The notes: generated from the letters alone by a model not told the origin. DNA of 61,547 nucleotides from Octopus bimaculoides (GCF_001194135.2 NC_068996.1:9078038-9139584), one strand, 5' to 3'; shown: positions 24,861 to 38,150, numbered from the stretch's first letter. Numbers and translations are program-made.

Positions 24861-25844
24861 GCATCTATTCGCTTGCTTTTCATGCATATTTCTGCCGAAT
24901 TAACATTCCGCAGTCAAAAAATAAAACTGTAGAACAGTTACTACATTTTTTTTTTGTACATAGAAATGGTGTGATATATTTTGGGCTAAGAGTAATTTGC
25001 ATTATCAAAAATAAAGAGCCACAAACAAAAAAGCAATAATAATAATTAAGTCAAATGGGGCCCAATAGAATGCATTTGTATGACTAGATTAACTGGTGGT
25101 GTATTAATAACTGTATTATGTTGACATGGTCAAGTCTAGAGCAAGATATATGTCCATAGTTTTCCTAATTGTTTATCAAAAAGAATACTGTTCATTTTTT
25201 CCTTAAATGTGTTAAATATGTAAATTAATTTGATTAACTTAGATTATTTTCTCCTTCACCTTGACACTCACCAACAATTGTTTCTAGGTCTCTTTTTATC
25301 AGCCTCTTGCATCCAGGGAGGTTTCAATGAATAAAGAAGCATTACATATGACTTTCAAAAGGGCATTATGCTTTAACTTATATACACACATCATCATCTT
25401 CATTATTATTATTATTTTATGTTTATTATTTTATTTATAAATACAGAAAGAGTAAGGTAGATAAACACATTAAGGCTTGATGCATATATTTAAATGGAGT
25501 ACAAAATACAGATTATATAACAAAAGAATTATGTAATGCAATATCTTATGTTGACAGCTGTTCCAAGAGGCAAAGAGTTACATAATAACCATAATTCACA
25601 GGTGACATGTGCATGATTTTATAGGTATGTGACAAGTCCAGATGAAATTATTACAGTAAGTCAGGTGTCTCTTTTCATAAGAAGATTGACAAACACATAC
25701 ACACACACACACATGTATGCACATGCTCACATACACACGATAGGTGTTTCTTTCTGCTTAACTTCCCTAAACAGTTGAAGATACTTGCCCAAGGTGCTAT
25801 GCAGTGTGACTGAATGCAAAACTACATTCCATCTACTCAATTTC

Positions 25845-26297
25845 ACCTAAACCATGCATTGATCTGAGGCTATAGAAAGCGTCACTTGGTACCATGCAAA
25901 AGGAGCAAACTTAAGAGCGTGTGACTGTTCATTGTTTTCCAGGGATGTTCTTTCACTTTTGAAGCATCTGTACCACTCAAAACATTGTGTACAACCCATT
26001 GCCTCATTGCTTGTTGAAACCTGCTCAATGTTTCTGTAGCAGACTTCCAAAGTTTATTGCAAAATTTGACTTTGGCGCTTTGTTCCAACTTCCTGCCCAT
26101 GACTAAAATCACAGACTACAACACATACATGGTCACAAAAACACAAATATCACAACTTGTGAAGTAAACATGATGTTGTCACTCAGTACACTACCTCATG
26201 AAGGTCACTGCTAGCTCTCTCACTGCATAAATAATTGTGTGCTGCCATCTGTTGGTGCACTACAGAACTTGCCTGGGAACTTTTTAATACCACTTCA
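25845..26297 (-). mobile_element. mariner 5' fragment with frameshifted HTH
   Basis: TA|tgaagtggtattaaaaagttccc TIR; RKLEQSAKVKFCNKLWKSATETL / NEAMGCTQCFEWYRCFKSERTSLENNEQS. Confidence 0.85.
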
Positions 26298-26434
26298 TAC
26301 AAGAAAGAATGGGCATAACCAGAATGCTTTTGCTCATAAGATTGCTCTCTCAGAGCTGACCTGGGGTAAGCAACAAGAAGTTGTACATAAAAATTTACAT
26401 GTGCATGGGCACTCATATATATATGTATATCTTT

Positions 26435-26840
26435 TACTTGTTTCAGTCATTTGACTGCGGCCATGCTAGGGCACACCTCGAAGAATTTTAGTCAAACAAA
26501 TCGACCCCAGGGTTTATTTTTTTTATTTAAGCCAAATACTTATTCTCTTGGTCTCTCTTTGCCGAACCACTAAGTTTTGGGTACATAAACACACCAACAC
26601 TGTTTGTGAAGCAGTGGTGGGAGAGAAACAAAGACATAAAGGCACACATACACACACATTTATTTATATATATATAAATATATATATACACACACACACA
26701 ATGAGCTTCTTTCAGTTTCCTCACAAGGCTTTGGTCAGCCCAAGGCTATAATAGAAGACACTTGCCCAAGGCGCCATGTAGTAGGACAGAACTCAGGACC
26801 ATGTGGTTGGGAAGCAAGCTTCTTGTCACACAGCCACACC
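26435..26840 (-). mobile_element. SINE family B
   Basis: Reverse-complement match. Confidence 0.85.
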
Positions 26841-27317
26841 TACACCTATACACACACATAATGACAAATGTCAAAGAATGGAGTTGGCAAATCATTTCAA
26901 TACGTCATTTACAACCGTTTCATTGTGATTCAATGTAATCAATCTTGCATAATGTTGTGATCATTGTCATTTATTAATAATCATGTGCTATGTGGGATTT
27001 CTTCTATTATACTTGTTGACCATGATTCCTCAGAATTTCATAAATAATAAAATGCTGATTGAATTTGAAATCTGAATAAATACACAGCATGTTGGGTGTG
27101 TCTACATGAACACATTTATGCAATGGAAACAAGTGAATGTGAGGAATCAAGTGGATTAAAGCAATTGTAAATGAAGTATTACAACAGTTTGCTAACTCCA
27201 TATACATATTAGTGGAATTTCATATAATTTGAGTGATAAAATGAAAAAGCTCTTAGCTGATGTTATAGCATGTCGTAAACACCGGGATTATATAACTCAA
27301 CTCACTCATTATATAGG

Positions 27318-28090
27318 CACAGGCGTAGCTGTGTGGTAAAAAGTTTGTTTCCCAACCACATGATTCTAGGTTCAGTCCCACTGCTTTGCACTTTGGAAAA
27401 AACGTCTTCTGTTATAGCCCTGGGTCAACCAAAGCCTTGCAAGTGGACTTGGTAGATAGTAACTGAAAGAGCCCTGTCATATATGTATTATTAATGGCTT
27501 CCATCATTGAAAACTGATGAGTTGTCCATAGGGCTAAGTGCCTTATGGATGTGAAACCATTGGTCACTCTATGACCGGACATATAAGTACATTACTGCTC
27601 TATGCTTTAAATATATGATGATCAATTTTTATATTTATATATATATATATATATATNNNNNNNNNNNNNNNNNNNNNNNNNNNNNNNNNNNNNNNNNNNN
27701 NNNNNNNNNNNNNNNNNNNNNNNNNNNNNNNNNNNNNNNNNNNNNNNNNNNNNNNNNNNNNNNNNNNNNNNNNNNNNNNNNNNNNNNNNNNNNNNNNNNN
27801 NNATACACACACACATACATATCTATGCGTATGTATATATGTATATGTATGCATGTATATATATATGCACATATATATGTGTGTGTGTGCCCTTGTGTTT
27901 GTGCTTGTCCCTACCACCATTTCACAACTGGTGTTAGTTTGTTTATGTCCTTGTAACTTAGCAGTTTGGCGAAAAAGACCACTGGAATAAGTTGTTGGTT
28001 TTAAGAATAAGTACTAGTCATTTAATTCGACTAAAACTCTTCAAGGTGGTGCCCCAGCATGGCCGCAGTCTAATGACTGAAACAAGTAAA
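27318..28090 (+). mobile_element. SINE family B split at its (TA)n linker by a hammerhead-bearing fragment and an N-gap
   Basis: 5' half 27318-27480, 3' half about 27890-28090. Confidence 0.75.
27508..27571 (+). ncRNA. type I hammerhead motif, core intact, stem I 5' strand degenerate
   Basis: CTGATGA 27514-27520, stem II of about 11 bp, GAAA 27553-27556, GTC 27563-27565, actcta. Confidence 0.7.
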
Positions 28091-28104
28091 AGATAATACA
28101 AATA

Positions 28105-28460
28105 CGCATGGCCGTGTGGTAGGATGCATCGTTCCCAAACACATGGCTCCGGGTTCAGTCCCACTGCATGGCACCTTGGGCAAATGTCTTCTACTATAGC
28201 CTTGGGCCGAGCAAAGCCCTGTAATTGGATTTCGCAAATGAAAGCTGAAAGACGCTCATCTCATTTGTGTGTGTTCACCACATGACAACTGGTGCTGGTG
28301 TGTTTACGTCCCTGTGACTTAGCAGTTCAGCAACAGAATCTGATAAAATAAATATTAGACTTTAAAATATACGTACTGGGATCGATTTGACTGAAAATTC
28401 TTCGAGGTGGTGCCCCAGCATGGCCGCAGTCTAATGACTGAAACAAGTAAAAGATAAAAT
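28105..28460 (+). mobile_element. SINE family B, tandem after the previous copy
   Basis: catggccgtgtggtagg head to aaacaagtaaaagataa tail. Confidence 0.85.
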
Positions 28461-28694
28461 ATATACACTTTCACACCCACACACACACACTCACACACAG
28501 CTGGCAGACATGCCAACACATTTCACACCTACTTCTGCTCCAGCTGTCCTGTTCCTGCATATCTCTGTCTATAACTTTTTACTTCACTTTCATTCTCCCT
28601 CTTTTAGCCCCCTCCGCGCTCACCACCATTTGTTGGCCTTTCCTTCAACTTATCGCTCTCTCTCTTTCTCTCTCTCCCCCTCTCTCTCTCTCTC

Positions 28695-28725
<31 letters not shown>

Positions 28726-28836
28726 GTATGTATGTATACACAAACGCATCTATCTTTGTCTCTCTCTTCTCTCTGGTTTTGTTTTCTTTTTTTACGAGCT
28801 CAGTGTCCTTCAGATTTTTTTTCTTTCTCTCTTTCC

Positions 28837-28867
<31 letters not shown>

Positions 28868-28917
28868 AAACAAACGCGCTCACGCACTATATCTATTCCC
28901 CCCCTCCTTTCTTTCAG

Positions 28918-28928
28918 CTGTCATGTAG
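28918..28928 (+). CDS. candidate 3-codon terminal microexon (xVM*)
   Basis: Very strong acceptor cccccctcctttctttcag followed by CT GTC ATG TAG. Confidence 0.25.
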
Positions 28929-29203
28929 TTAATGGTCTAAAGTTATTCAGTCTAGTACATATACTCCCCACCACACCCCCACCCCACCACACCCCCTTTG
29001 ACCTACTGCTTTTCATCACATACATTTTCTACACACTATTTATACTCTCTTTCTCACTCTCTCTCTCTCTCTCTCTTTCTCTCTCTGTATCTCTCTCTCT
29101 CTCTCTTTCTCTTTCTCTCTCTGTATCTCTCTCTCTCTCACACACACACACCCACTTTCCCATTCTCTCTCCCACTTCTTGACATAAGTGTTCCCAGTAG
29201 TAA

Positions 29204-29235
<32 letters not shown>

Positions 29236-29310
29236 ACAGCACCACACACACGCACACAACACATGTCCGCACACAAACACTCACGCGCACACACACACAG
29301 ACAAAGTTAG

Positions 29311-29513
29311 AAATAACTACAATTATCACACCAGAGCACACACAACTCACTGGACATGACATGGCTACCACCACCACCACCACCATCTCCACAAACACCA
29401 CCAACGCCGCCAAACAGACTGAAGGCATTTTCTACATGGACTCTCTGCCTGCTAGACATAGCAGCCAAATTCCCGTCAAATCACACTCAGCAGTGGGTGT
29501 GACCATTGATTAA
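29311..29513 (+). CDS. candidate phase-1 terminal exon, Thr-rich (xITTIITPEHTQLTGHDMATTTTTTISTNTTNAAKQTEGIFYMDSLPARHSSQIPVKSHSAVGVTID*)
   Basis: Non-repeat protein-like ORF; acceptor aagttag is weak (CA-rich upstream). Confidence 0.3.
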
Positions 29514-29787
29514 ACAAAGACATGGATAACATGGTACTGGCTTTCTTTCATGTAGGAAAATGGTGAGTAGGTCATGCATGGGTTGACCATCTTTGATCAT
29601 AGGGTGTTCAGTCAGGACTCACTAGGACTAAACAACAACAACAACATTATCTCCACTACCACATACTTTTGCATAATAATAACTGTATTTTCTAGCCTTA
29701 TGTACTAGACTACAGTTTCAGAGTAAGAAGTATTCAGTTCAACCACACCCTCTATCTATAACCGTCTATCTACCTATCTCTCTCCCT

Positions 29788-29818
<31 letters not shown>

Positions 29819-29877
29819 CNNNNNNNNNNNNNNNNNNNNNNNNNNNNNNNNNNNNNNNNNNNNNNNNNNNNNNNNNN

Positions 29878-29926
<49 letters not shown>

Positions 29927-29930
<4 letters not shown>

Positions 29931-30087
29931 TCATCATCATCATCATCATCATCATCGTTTAACATCCGCTTTCCATGCTAACATGGGTTGGACGATTTGA
30001 CTGAGGACTGGTGAAACCAGATGGCAACACCAGGCTCCAATCTAAATTTGGCAGAGTTTCTACAGCTGGATGCCCTTCCTAACGCCA
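29927..30087 (-). mobile_element. 5'-truncated SINE family C
   Basis: (CAT)n then cgtttaacatccgctttccatgc..ggatgcccttcctaacgcca. Confidence 0.9.
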
Positions 30088-30164
30088 TATATTATATATA
30101 TATCAATATAGAACGCCACGCATCCATTTCTAGTTAGTTTTTATATATACATACTTGTTTCAAT

Positions 30165-30545
30165 CATTTGATTGCAGCCATACTGGAGCACCGCCTTGAG
30201 GGGTTTTAGTCAAATGAATCGACCCCAGAACTTTTTTTTCTTTTTAAAACCTGATACATATTCTATCAGTCCTTTTTTACCAAACTGCTAAGTCATGGGG
30301 ACATACACTCACCAAGACTGGGTGTCAAGTGGTGGGGACAAACACAGACACATACATATATATATATACACACAAATGCAATGGGCTTCTTTCAGTTTCC
30401 GTCCACCAAATCCACTCACAAGGCTTTGGTTCACCCCAAGGCTACAGTAGAAGACACTTGTCCAAGGTATCACGCAGTGGGCTGAACTTGGAACCATGTG
30501 GTTGGGAAGCAAGCTTCTTACCACCCACCCATTCCTGTGCCTATA
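30165..30545 (-). mobile_element. SINE family B
   Basis: Reverse-complement match. Confidence 0.85.
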
Positions 30546-31180
30546 TATATATAAATATATCTGTATATATATAGAAAGAGGGAGAGAGAGGGGGCGGAGA
30601 TGAAATGTATAATATATATATTTAAATTTCCAACCCCCTGATATGAAGATCACAAACCTTGGATGAATATACACTAGATTATATTAACCCTGCCCCCTCC
30701 ATCTTGCTCCATGTCTAGAAGTAAGGAAAGTGTATTTAAGTCATCTGCAGAGATAAGGTGAGGTGAGGGTGTGATATGTGGTATGGTTGTGGGTGGGGGC
30801 AGAAATGCAATGCTTGTTGTCTGCAGAATTTGAACTCAGAAACATTACAACACAGAACAACATAACCTAAGCATTTTGCATGAGAATTTAAATGCAGCAC
30901 TCTTCCATGTTCCGTCACCTCATGCCTCAAATAATTACCGTTTCTTGTTCTGCACAAGGCCTGCAATTTCGAAGGGAGGGAGGGAGTCTGGTTATTGCCA
31001 TCAACTCCATTACTTGATTATAGGTGCTTTATACACCCTCCTTCCCTCCTCCCTACCAATGGAAGAAAGGCTCAGTCGATCTTGGTGGAATTTGAGTATA
31101 TATGCCTCTGTGTGTGTATGTATGTATATATATGTGTAGATACATATGCATATATGTCTGTGTGTATGTGTGTATGTTTG

Positions 31181-31212
<32 letters not shown>

Positions 31213-31924
31213 CATACATGTGTGTGTGTGTGTGTTTGTATGCATAAATGTGTATGTACATATGTATATGTGTGTGTGTGTATGTATATATATATATGTG
31301 TGTGTGTATGTTTGTATCTATGTGTAAATGTGTATATGCGTGTGTTGTGTAACTAAGTATATATGTGTGTGTATATATGTATATATATGCATGTGTCTGT
31401 ATACATATATATATGCATTTGTGTTTATTCTCATTGCTTAACAACTGGAGTTGGTTTGTTTACATCCCTGCAACTTAGTGGTTTAATAAGAGACATGGGA
31501 TCAATTTGAGCTAGTCTTGCAAGGATGCCCCCCCCCCACATGGTTGCAGTCCAAGTAAAAGATAAAACAGTAAGGCAGTCATGGCTGGAATGCCTTTGAT
31601 TTCTCGCAGAGAAAAGTAATGGAGTTTGAGTAAATCAACTTCATTAATTAACTGGCATTTATTTTACCGTTATTCCTGAAGTACTGAAAGATAAATTCAA
31701 TATTATTTGGGGTGGGGTAAGGTTAGGCTGATTTAAACTTAAAACATATAGGAACATAGCTAAATATTGCATGGTGTCTTGTGTACTGTCCTCCATCTGT
31801 TGGCATTAAACTAAACAACTGATTAAGTGTGCCACCTTTTAAATCAGTCTCCAATACATTGACCTCTGATGGATGAAAGGTGAAGTGGACTGTGAAGGAA
31901 TTTGAATAATAATGATAATAATCT

Positions 31925-32130
31925 TTTCTGTTAAAGGCACAAGGCCTGAAATTTAGGGAGAAAGAACTCATCAATTACATCGGCCCCAGTGTTTGACTTA
32001 ATTTATCAACCCTCAAATGGATGAAAGACAAAGTTGCCTTCAGCTGAAATTGAACTCAGAGCGTAGTGACAGATAAAATACCGCTAAGCATTTCCTCCAG
32101 CATGCTAACGACTCTGCCTGCTCACTGCTA
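31925..32130 (-). mobile_element. SINE family A
   Basis: gcacaaggcctgaaattt..gaactcagagcgt..gctaacgactctgcc. Confidence 0.85.
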
Positions 32131-32258
32131 CCCTAATAATAGGTTCTCTCTGTCTGTTTCTTTGAAATCATATGGAAGCAGCCTCCATCTTTCATGAAGT
32201 ATAATTGTGTCCCATTTCTCCTTAATCTTTTTTTTTTTCAATGAAAATTTTGGGCAAG

Positions 32259-32344
32259 GAGTTACTCTCTTCTGTGACCTACATCTACCACATTTTTTCC
32301 CCCTGAGAGTTGTTGCATCTTCAATACAATTCACTGGTCTGTAA
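32259..32344 (+). CDS. candidate phase-1 terminal exon (xVTLFCDLHLPHFFPLRVVASSIQFTGL*)
   Basis: First AG after a poly-T tract; phase 1 open 28 codons vs 15 and 5; ends T-G-L. Confidence 0.3.
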
Positions 32345-32595
32345 CTGGCATAGCTGCTGTTGTTGCTTTTGTTGTTAGAGATTTAAAAGCTGCCGCTACT
32401 TTTCTTCATTTGTGTTTGTTTAAAATATGAATGCCGAAGCTCACAACTGCGTACACTTGTTCAATTGTCATAATTCTTTTTCTTGTCTCCTTTACATCTG
32501 TGTCTTTGTTTACAAAAGTATTCAAGATGTTTGAAAATTGTTCGGGCATTCATTGCTGTTACATTTGTAACTAGCACCTCTTCCTATTCCTCCAG

Positions 32596-32786
32596 AGGAA
32601 GCCTTAGAAATTAAATTACTCATAAGCAAATATTTGTATAGGTATAAAATATGCAAAAAACAACCAAAACAATCTGATGTCTTAGGATGGACTATTTTTT
32701 CCCACCCCCAGGGTAATGGGGTGAGACATTCTAAAATCTTTTGTCGGCAAAATAATACAATAAATACTTCCTTTCTGTCAAATTAA
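32596..32786 (+). CDS. candidate phase-1 exon (xEALEIKLLISKYLYRYKICKKQPKQSDVLGWTIFSHPQG...SFLSN*); optional phase-1 donor after 32712
   Basis: Acceptor ctcttcctattcctccag; phase 1 open 63 codons vs 3 and 5; G|GTAATG gives a 117-nt symmetric cassette. Confidence 0.45.
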
Positions 32787-32849
32787 ACAACTGAGTTTAG
32801 CACCAGAATTGTCGTTACTTACATTCATTCAAACAGCAACAATCATCAT

Positions 32850-33120
32850 CGTCATCATCATCATTTAACGTTCGCTTTCCATGCTGGCATGGGTTGGACG
32901 GTTTGACCAGGGACTGGTGATCCAAGAGGCTGCACCAGGCTCAATCTGATCTGGCAAAGTTTCTATAGTTGGATGCCCTTCCTAACGCCAACCACTCCAA
33001 TAGTGTAGTGGGTGCTTTTACGTGCCACTGGTATGAGGGCCAATCAGGCGGTTCTGGCAATGCCTACGCTCAAAGGTGTTTTTACGTGCCACCTGCACGG
33101 GAGCCAGTCCGGTGACACTG
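32850..33120 (-). mobile_element. SINE family C
   Basis: catcatcatttaacgttcgctttccatgc..ggatgcccttcctaacgccaaccactcc..ttttacgtgcca. Confidence 0.9.
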
Positions 33121-34251
33121 GTATAAAATTTCTAACTTACATACAAAAAGAGCCCTAGTAATATGACTCGTACTTTATTGGCTATGGAAGGATTAAGGCA
33201 AGCTTCATATACATTCCATTTACCAAATTTATTACAAATTTTCTCAGGAGCTACTCTAGCAGATATTTGCTTAAGGATTTAACCTGAAACGGTATGGTTG
33301 AAAAATAAATTTTCAACTCAGAAATAAATACTCTTTACTCTCTTTTACTCTTTTAGAAGATACAGATGGTTGAGCAACAGCCTAACAAGTACATACCTAA
33401 AAACAAGTCCTTTGTAGTTGCTATTTGGTGAAAGTAATGAAGACCAACTGACTGCTATAAATAAGAGCCATTAATAGTTTCATGCCATGGAAACATGATA
33501 ATTTGACAGATCTTATACAAAATGTTTTCACTTTATATCTATCAAATCCACTTTAGTTCACATGCAGCTGTAGAAGGCACATGCCCAAGGTGCCACACAA
33601 TGGAACTGAACCCCAAACCACATGGTTAGGAAGCAAACTTTTCAATACACAGCCATGTATATACACACACTCACACGCATGTATGTGTACGGTGTGTATG
33701 TGTGTTTCCTAGTCTTGATATCATGTGGGTGACAGGAAGAGCAACTAGTTGTTAAATCCTGCTTCCAGTACCTCCCTGTCTAACCCTTGCAAGTATGAAA
33801 AAAAACAAACAAATGAACAAATACACACACACACACGCACACACATGCACCTAACTTAGTCTCAATTAAAATAATTCACTTTCCATTTCTGTCTATACAG
33901 ACTTCATATTTTTTGACATGACTTCCGTTCAATCTGATCGCATAACTGCCAAATTGTTCATATCAAGAACGTTATTTGATTTTTTGCAGTTACATTTTGT
34001 TTTTTTAAAAAAGATTCATTCCAATGAGTCTATTCAATTCATAGATCCTTCCAAATAATAACTTTCATTTCAGTTTCATTTCTAGCTTTTCATTCCACTG
34101 TTTTCACACACACAGACATATATTTAAATATATATATATTTAAATATATGCTTATACACACACAACAATAACAACAAATAATTATTGGTTACATATTTGT
34201 TTGATATTCAACTGTCTGAAACTTCTAATAGTTTTGTTGTTGCTGTTCAAG

Positions 34252-34505
34252 TGAGCAGACCAGCGATCAAAGTCATTGTTGACCTGCAAGAAATAGCAGT
34301 CAGTTGGTCTTCATTACTTTCACCAAATAACAACAACAAAGGACTTGTTTTTAGGTATGTACTTGTTAGGCTGTTGCTCAACCATCTGTATCTTCTAATA
34401 GTTTTACTATTGAGCAACAAAATTTATGATTGCAGTCATTCTCGGCCAGCTAAAAATAACAGCCAAACGTTCACACTTTGCCTTCTTAGAAAAATAAGAC
34501 GTTAA
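34252..34505 (+). CDS. candidate phase-1 exon (xSRPAIKVIVDLQEIAVSWSSLLSPNNNNKGLVFR...LLRKIRR*)
   Basis: Acceptor ttttgttgttgctgttcaag; phase 1 open 84 codons vs 0 and 9. Confidence 0.4.
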
Positions 34506-34526
34506 ATAATGTCATGCTGTATTCAG

Positions 34527-34585
34527 CTGCACATAGGAAAAAGAAAAGATGGCTGCCTGACAAATACAATGATCTTCAAATATAG
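34527..34585 (+). CDS. weak candidate phase-1 terminal exon (xAHRKKKRWLPDKYNDLQI*)
   Basis: Acceptor ctgtattcag; phase-0 frame is longer. Confidence 0.25.
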
Positions 34586-34684
34586 TCTGGATAGTCATGA
34601 CTGGAAATTGGAGGGGTGGGGGAGGCTAGTTGATAACATTGGCTCTTATTTAAACACTGTGTATATTAAAGGATATGTATATAC

Positions 34685-34962
34685 ATACTTGAGTGTGAGC
34701 ATTAACTGTGTCGCCTTACTGGCACTTGTGCCGATGGCACGTGAAAAAACATTCGAGCGTGACTGTTGCCAGTACCGCCTGACTGGCCCTCGTGCTGGTA
34801 GCACGTAAAAGCACCCACTACACTATCGGAGTGGTTGGCGTTAGGAAGGGCATCCAGCTGTAGAAACTCTGCCAAAACAGATTGGAGCCTGATGTAGCCA
34901 TCTGGTTCACTAGTCCTCAGTCAAATTGTCCAAACCAAGCGGACGTTAAATGATGATGATGA
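34685..34962 (+). mobile_element. SINE family C with (GAT)n tail
   Basis: gcacgtaaaagcacccactacac..ggttggcgttaggaagggcatcc..aaatgatgatgatg. Confidence 0.9.
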
Positions 34963-35425
34963 TGTGTGTCTTGTGATCACGTGACCAACCAGACTATCAG
35001 AAGCTGTTACACATCGATGGTCACAATGTGTTTTTGCATTGTTTTAGCCTTCAAATGATCCCCCCCCCCCCGATCAAAAGTGGGGACTGAAGCAACATGA
35101 AATTAAGTGTTTTGCCCAAGAACACATGCTGCCTAGTCAGGGAATTGAACCCATGAATAATTTCACTGGAGAAAGTTACATATATTTGCCAAGGGGTGTC
35201 TTTTGCATCGGAGGTCGGCGATTGTCGAAGAAGGGAAATAACCCTGAAACTCGGGTACGTACATATCGTAGATCAAGATGGGAAAGATAACTTCCCTTGG
35301 CAAATACAGACAGGGCACAGATGTGTGTCGATAGCCAGCTGGAGGAGATGTCCTCCTGGGGCTAAAAGCAACAGTAACATCCACCCCTCGGGGTCAGCCA
35401 CATTTAAGTGGCAAATATACTTCAC

Positions 35426-35459
<34 letters not shown>

Positions 35460-35654
35460 CACACACACATCCACACGTGTTTATATATGCATGAGTTTTG
35501 TGCACTGGCATGCATGTTTTTCTTTTATGTGTATTACACCCCTTTGTATTGGTTTACTCTGTGGGTTTTTGCCTGTTCCTTATCCATTAAAGAAGATTTT
35601 TTTTTGATAAGTACCACCTGATTAGTTAAATCCATACACTGTGCTTTAAATTTA

Positions 35655-36552
35655 CAAGGGGGTACCCAAAAGTAACTGGAAATGCTCTCTGTGAGACAAA
35701 CCTGTTGCAGTTCAGGTTTCTGTCACTAGAAACCATTTGATGTAAGCCTCAGGCATCAGTCTGCTGACCGGTGGCATCAGGTGACGTTGTACTGTGACAT
35801 GGTGTGTTTTTGTTTTGTAGTGTTTCTCCCCTGTTTGTCAAGTTTTGCAATGGCTGAAACAAAGGAACAACATGCTTCTGTGAAATTCTGTTTGCTGCTG
35901 GGGAAAACAGTGGCTGAAACAGTTATCATGCTTCAAAGAGATTACAAGGCTGCAGCCATGAGCAAAACACAAGTTTACAAGTGGTTTTCATGCTTTAAGA
36001 ATGGTCACTTGTTGCTTGAAGACCAACCTCATTCAGGACGACCATTGACCTTCCAAATGAATGAAAACATCAGGAAAATTCATGAACTGATCTTTGAGGA
36101 CTGTCACCCAACGATTGATGAACTTGTTGATATGACTGGTATGTCCTGGAGTTCCTCCCAAAGAATTTTGGGTGAGGAATTGCAAATGAAAAATGCTGCA
36201 GCAAAATCTGTGCCTCTCTTCCTCATGGAAGATAAAAAGTAGTCATGACTGAATGTGTCATGAACTGAAAGAAGAATTGGAAGTTGATCTGAACCTTTTT
36301 TTCAAAGATCATCTGGAGTGATGAAATATGGAATTTGCAGACGTGGACGAAGTAAAGAAAAAAACAACGGAGGCGTTAAAAAGGCATCGCTTCAAAAGAG
36401 TTCCATCACTGCTTCAAATAATGGAAAGCATACCTGGACCAATGAATTGCTTCAAATGGAGAATACTTTGAAGGTGATAAAAGTGTGAACATGTAAAACT
36501 AAGTAAATAAAATAACATTGCAAAATTCCGGTTTCTTTTGGGCACCCCTTCG
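35655..36552 (+). mobile_element. internally deleted mariner element; transposase N-terminal ORF about 35850-36242 and C-terminal relic
   Basis: TA-flanked TIRs caagggggtacccaaaag / cttttgggcaccccttcg; EQHASVKFCLLLGKTVAET..QVYKWF..LEDQPHSGRP; C-terminal IASNGEYFEGD. Confidence 0.95.
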
Positions 36553-36619
36553 TATATGTGTGTGTGTATTATGTTAAAATGTGAAGACACTACAAACTAG
36601 TTAAACATAATGACATAAA

Positions 36620-38150
36620 TCAGAAGTTAAGTAATCCATTATCATAGAATGAAATGCATTGATGAAGGGGAATTCACTATTGATTGGTAATCTCTAACTC
36701 CAATAGTGACAAAAAATTAAATAGAACCTTCAGTGTGAGGCAAAAGACATAATAAAAACAGCTGAATTACATTTAGGTAGCTTAATGTATCCTAATACTT
36801 TTAATACTGAGAACTGATCATATTTAAGTTACTTTTGCATACCCGTAGTTCTAATGACATCTACAAATGATTGTCATTTTATACGGTTTGCAATTTAATA
36901 GCTTCAATTAATTTGCTTCTAACCTTAGGTGGTATCTTTATAGTATTTGCTTCATCCTCCTTGGTTATGGCCTTTACAATTCTCTGTGATCCTTATAAAT
37001 TCTTTTAACATTTATGGACTTTATAATTCTCATAAATTCTTTTAACATTTCCTTAATGCTCCCCATAATTGTAAATTATTATTATTAATGATTTTACCTA
37101 ACTTCTTAACCTACATAATTTTAATCGATGTGCTTTATTCTCAATAACAATGTGATAATATTGACTAATAAAAAAAGTTAGGATTCATGGTTTTTCAGTT
37201 TCTTTTAATGCAACTATCAATTCAGTTATTCTTTATTAAATTTCACCTTTTGACTCATAACTTCATAACAGCTATATAATTGATCTCTCTAAATTTCAAC
37301 ATTTAACTAACATAAATTTATATTCTTTATATCTTTTATGTTGGTATTGGTTATTGCCTAAACTATTTTCATTAGCTTAGTATACACGTTTGTTTATGCT
37401 AATGCTGTCTTCCTGCCAACAGTACAGTCCACTTTCTCTATTAAATTTATCCTATTCTATTTCTCATTAAGTATTTTTAGGTTAAGATTCTTGACATTGT
37501 GATTATTGCTATCTCAATATATTATCTTTCCTTTTTCTTTCCTCTCCTTTTTCCCTCTCTCTCCTCTGAAATTTTACACAGACCTTTGCTATTCTCTGTT
37601 TTTTATCCTTAAATTATTTTCTCCGAATAATAAGTAACTGGATCTTTCTTAATTAATGTTAATATTCTATTAGTGCTATAATAATTAATCAGTGCACTAT
37701 AATTAACAAGAATTAAGTAAATACATAAATAACACTTGAATTTGTTAACCATATCACTCCTAAATGGGTTTATTTTAGTTTTATCTTTAGAAAACATCAA
37801 TTGGTTTCAAAAATGTTTTAATTGGGTCAAATGTCATGCTTTGGCACCTGCTATCTGCTGGTGTATAAGCCTGTTTTGATGTTACTAAGTTTATCAACAT
37901 CTTTAGATTAGATATGCCTTTTAGCCATTCTACTTGATACACTTTTTCTGTTATCCACCCCCTTGATTAACTGGTTATAGTCTCACCCACTTTACATTTA
38001 TTATATGCTGGTAATTCTGATTAGAAATTTCACTTGTTTGTGACCTGTTGATTAATCAACATGTCTCTGCTTGCTTGTGTATTTGGTGTAGCCTGATGAA
38101 TTGAGAGTTGCATAATGAATTACATAACTTTATGGTTGTTGTGCATACTA
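36620..38150 (-). mobile_element. highly decayed retroelement-like AT-rich relic, possibly Penelope-like
   Basis: Strand-biased A-rich minus strand with short stretches loosely resembling the PLE linker and GIY-YIG region; no intact motif. Confidence 0.25.

Noticed and set aside
30828-31020. Acceptor-like sites with short phase-1 ORFs
   Set aside because: They lie in a reversed SINE family A relic
33901-34060. Strong acceptor in a non-repeat island
   Set aside because: Phase 1 stops after 6 codons and phase 2 is longest; recorded as a counter-example to the array hypothesis
35165-35400. GC-richer island with ORFs on both strands
   Set aside because: Looks like a LINE 5' fragment (LKLG motif); not a host exon, and the family is not assignable with confidence
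38093-38130. CTGATGA motifs here and near 23994, 44424 and 60455
   Set aside because: No stem II plus GAAA plus stem I arrangement
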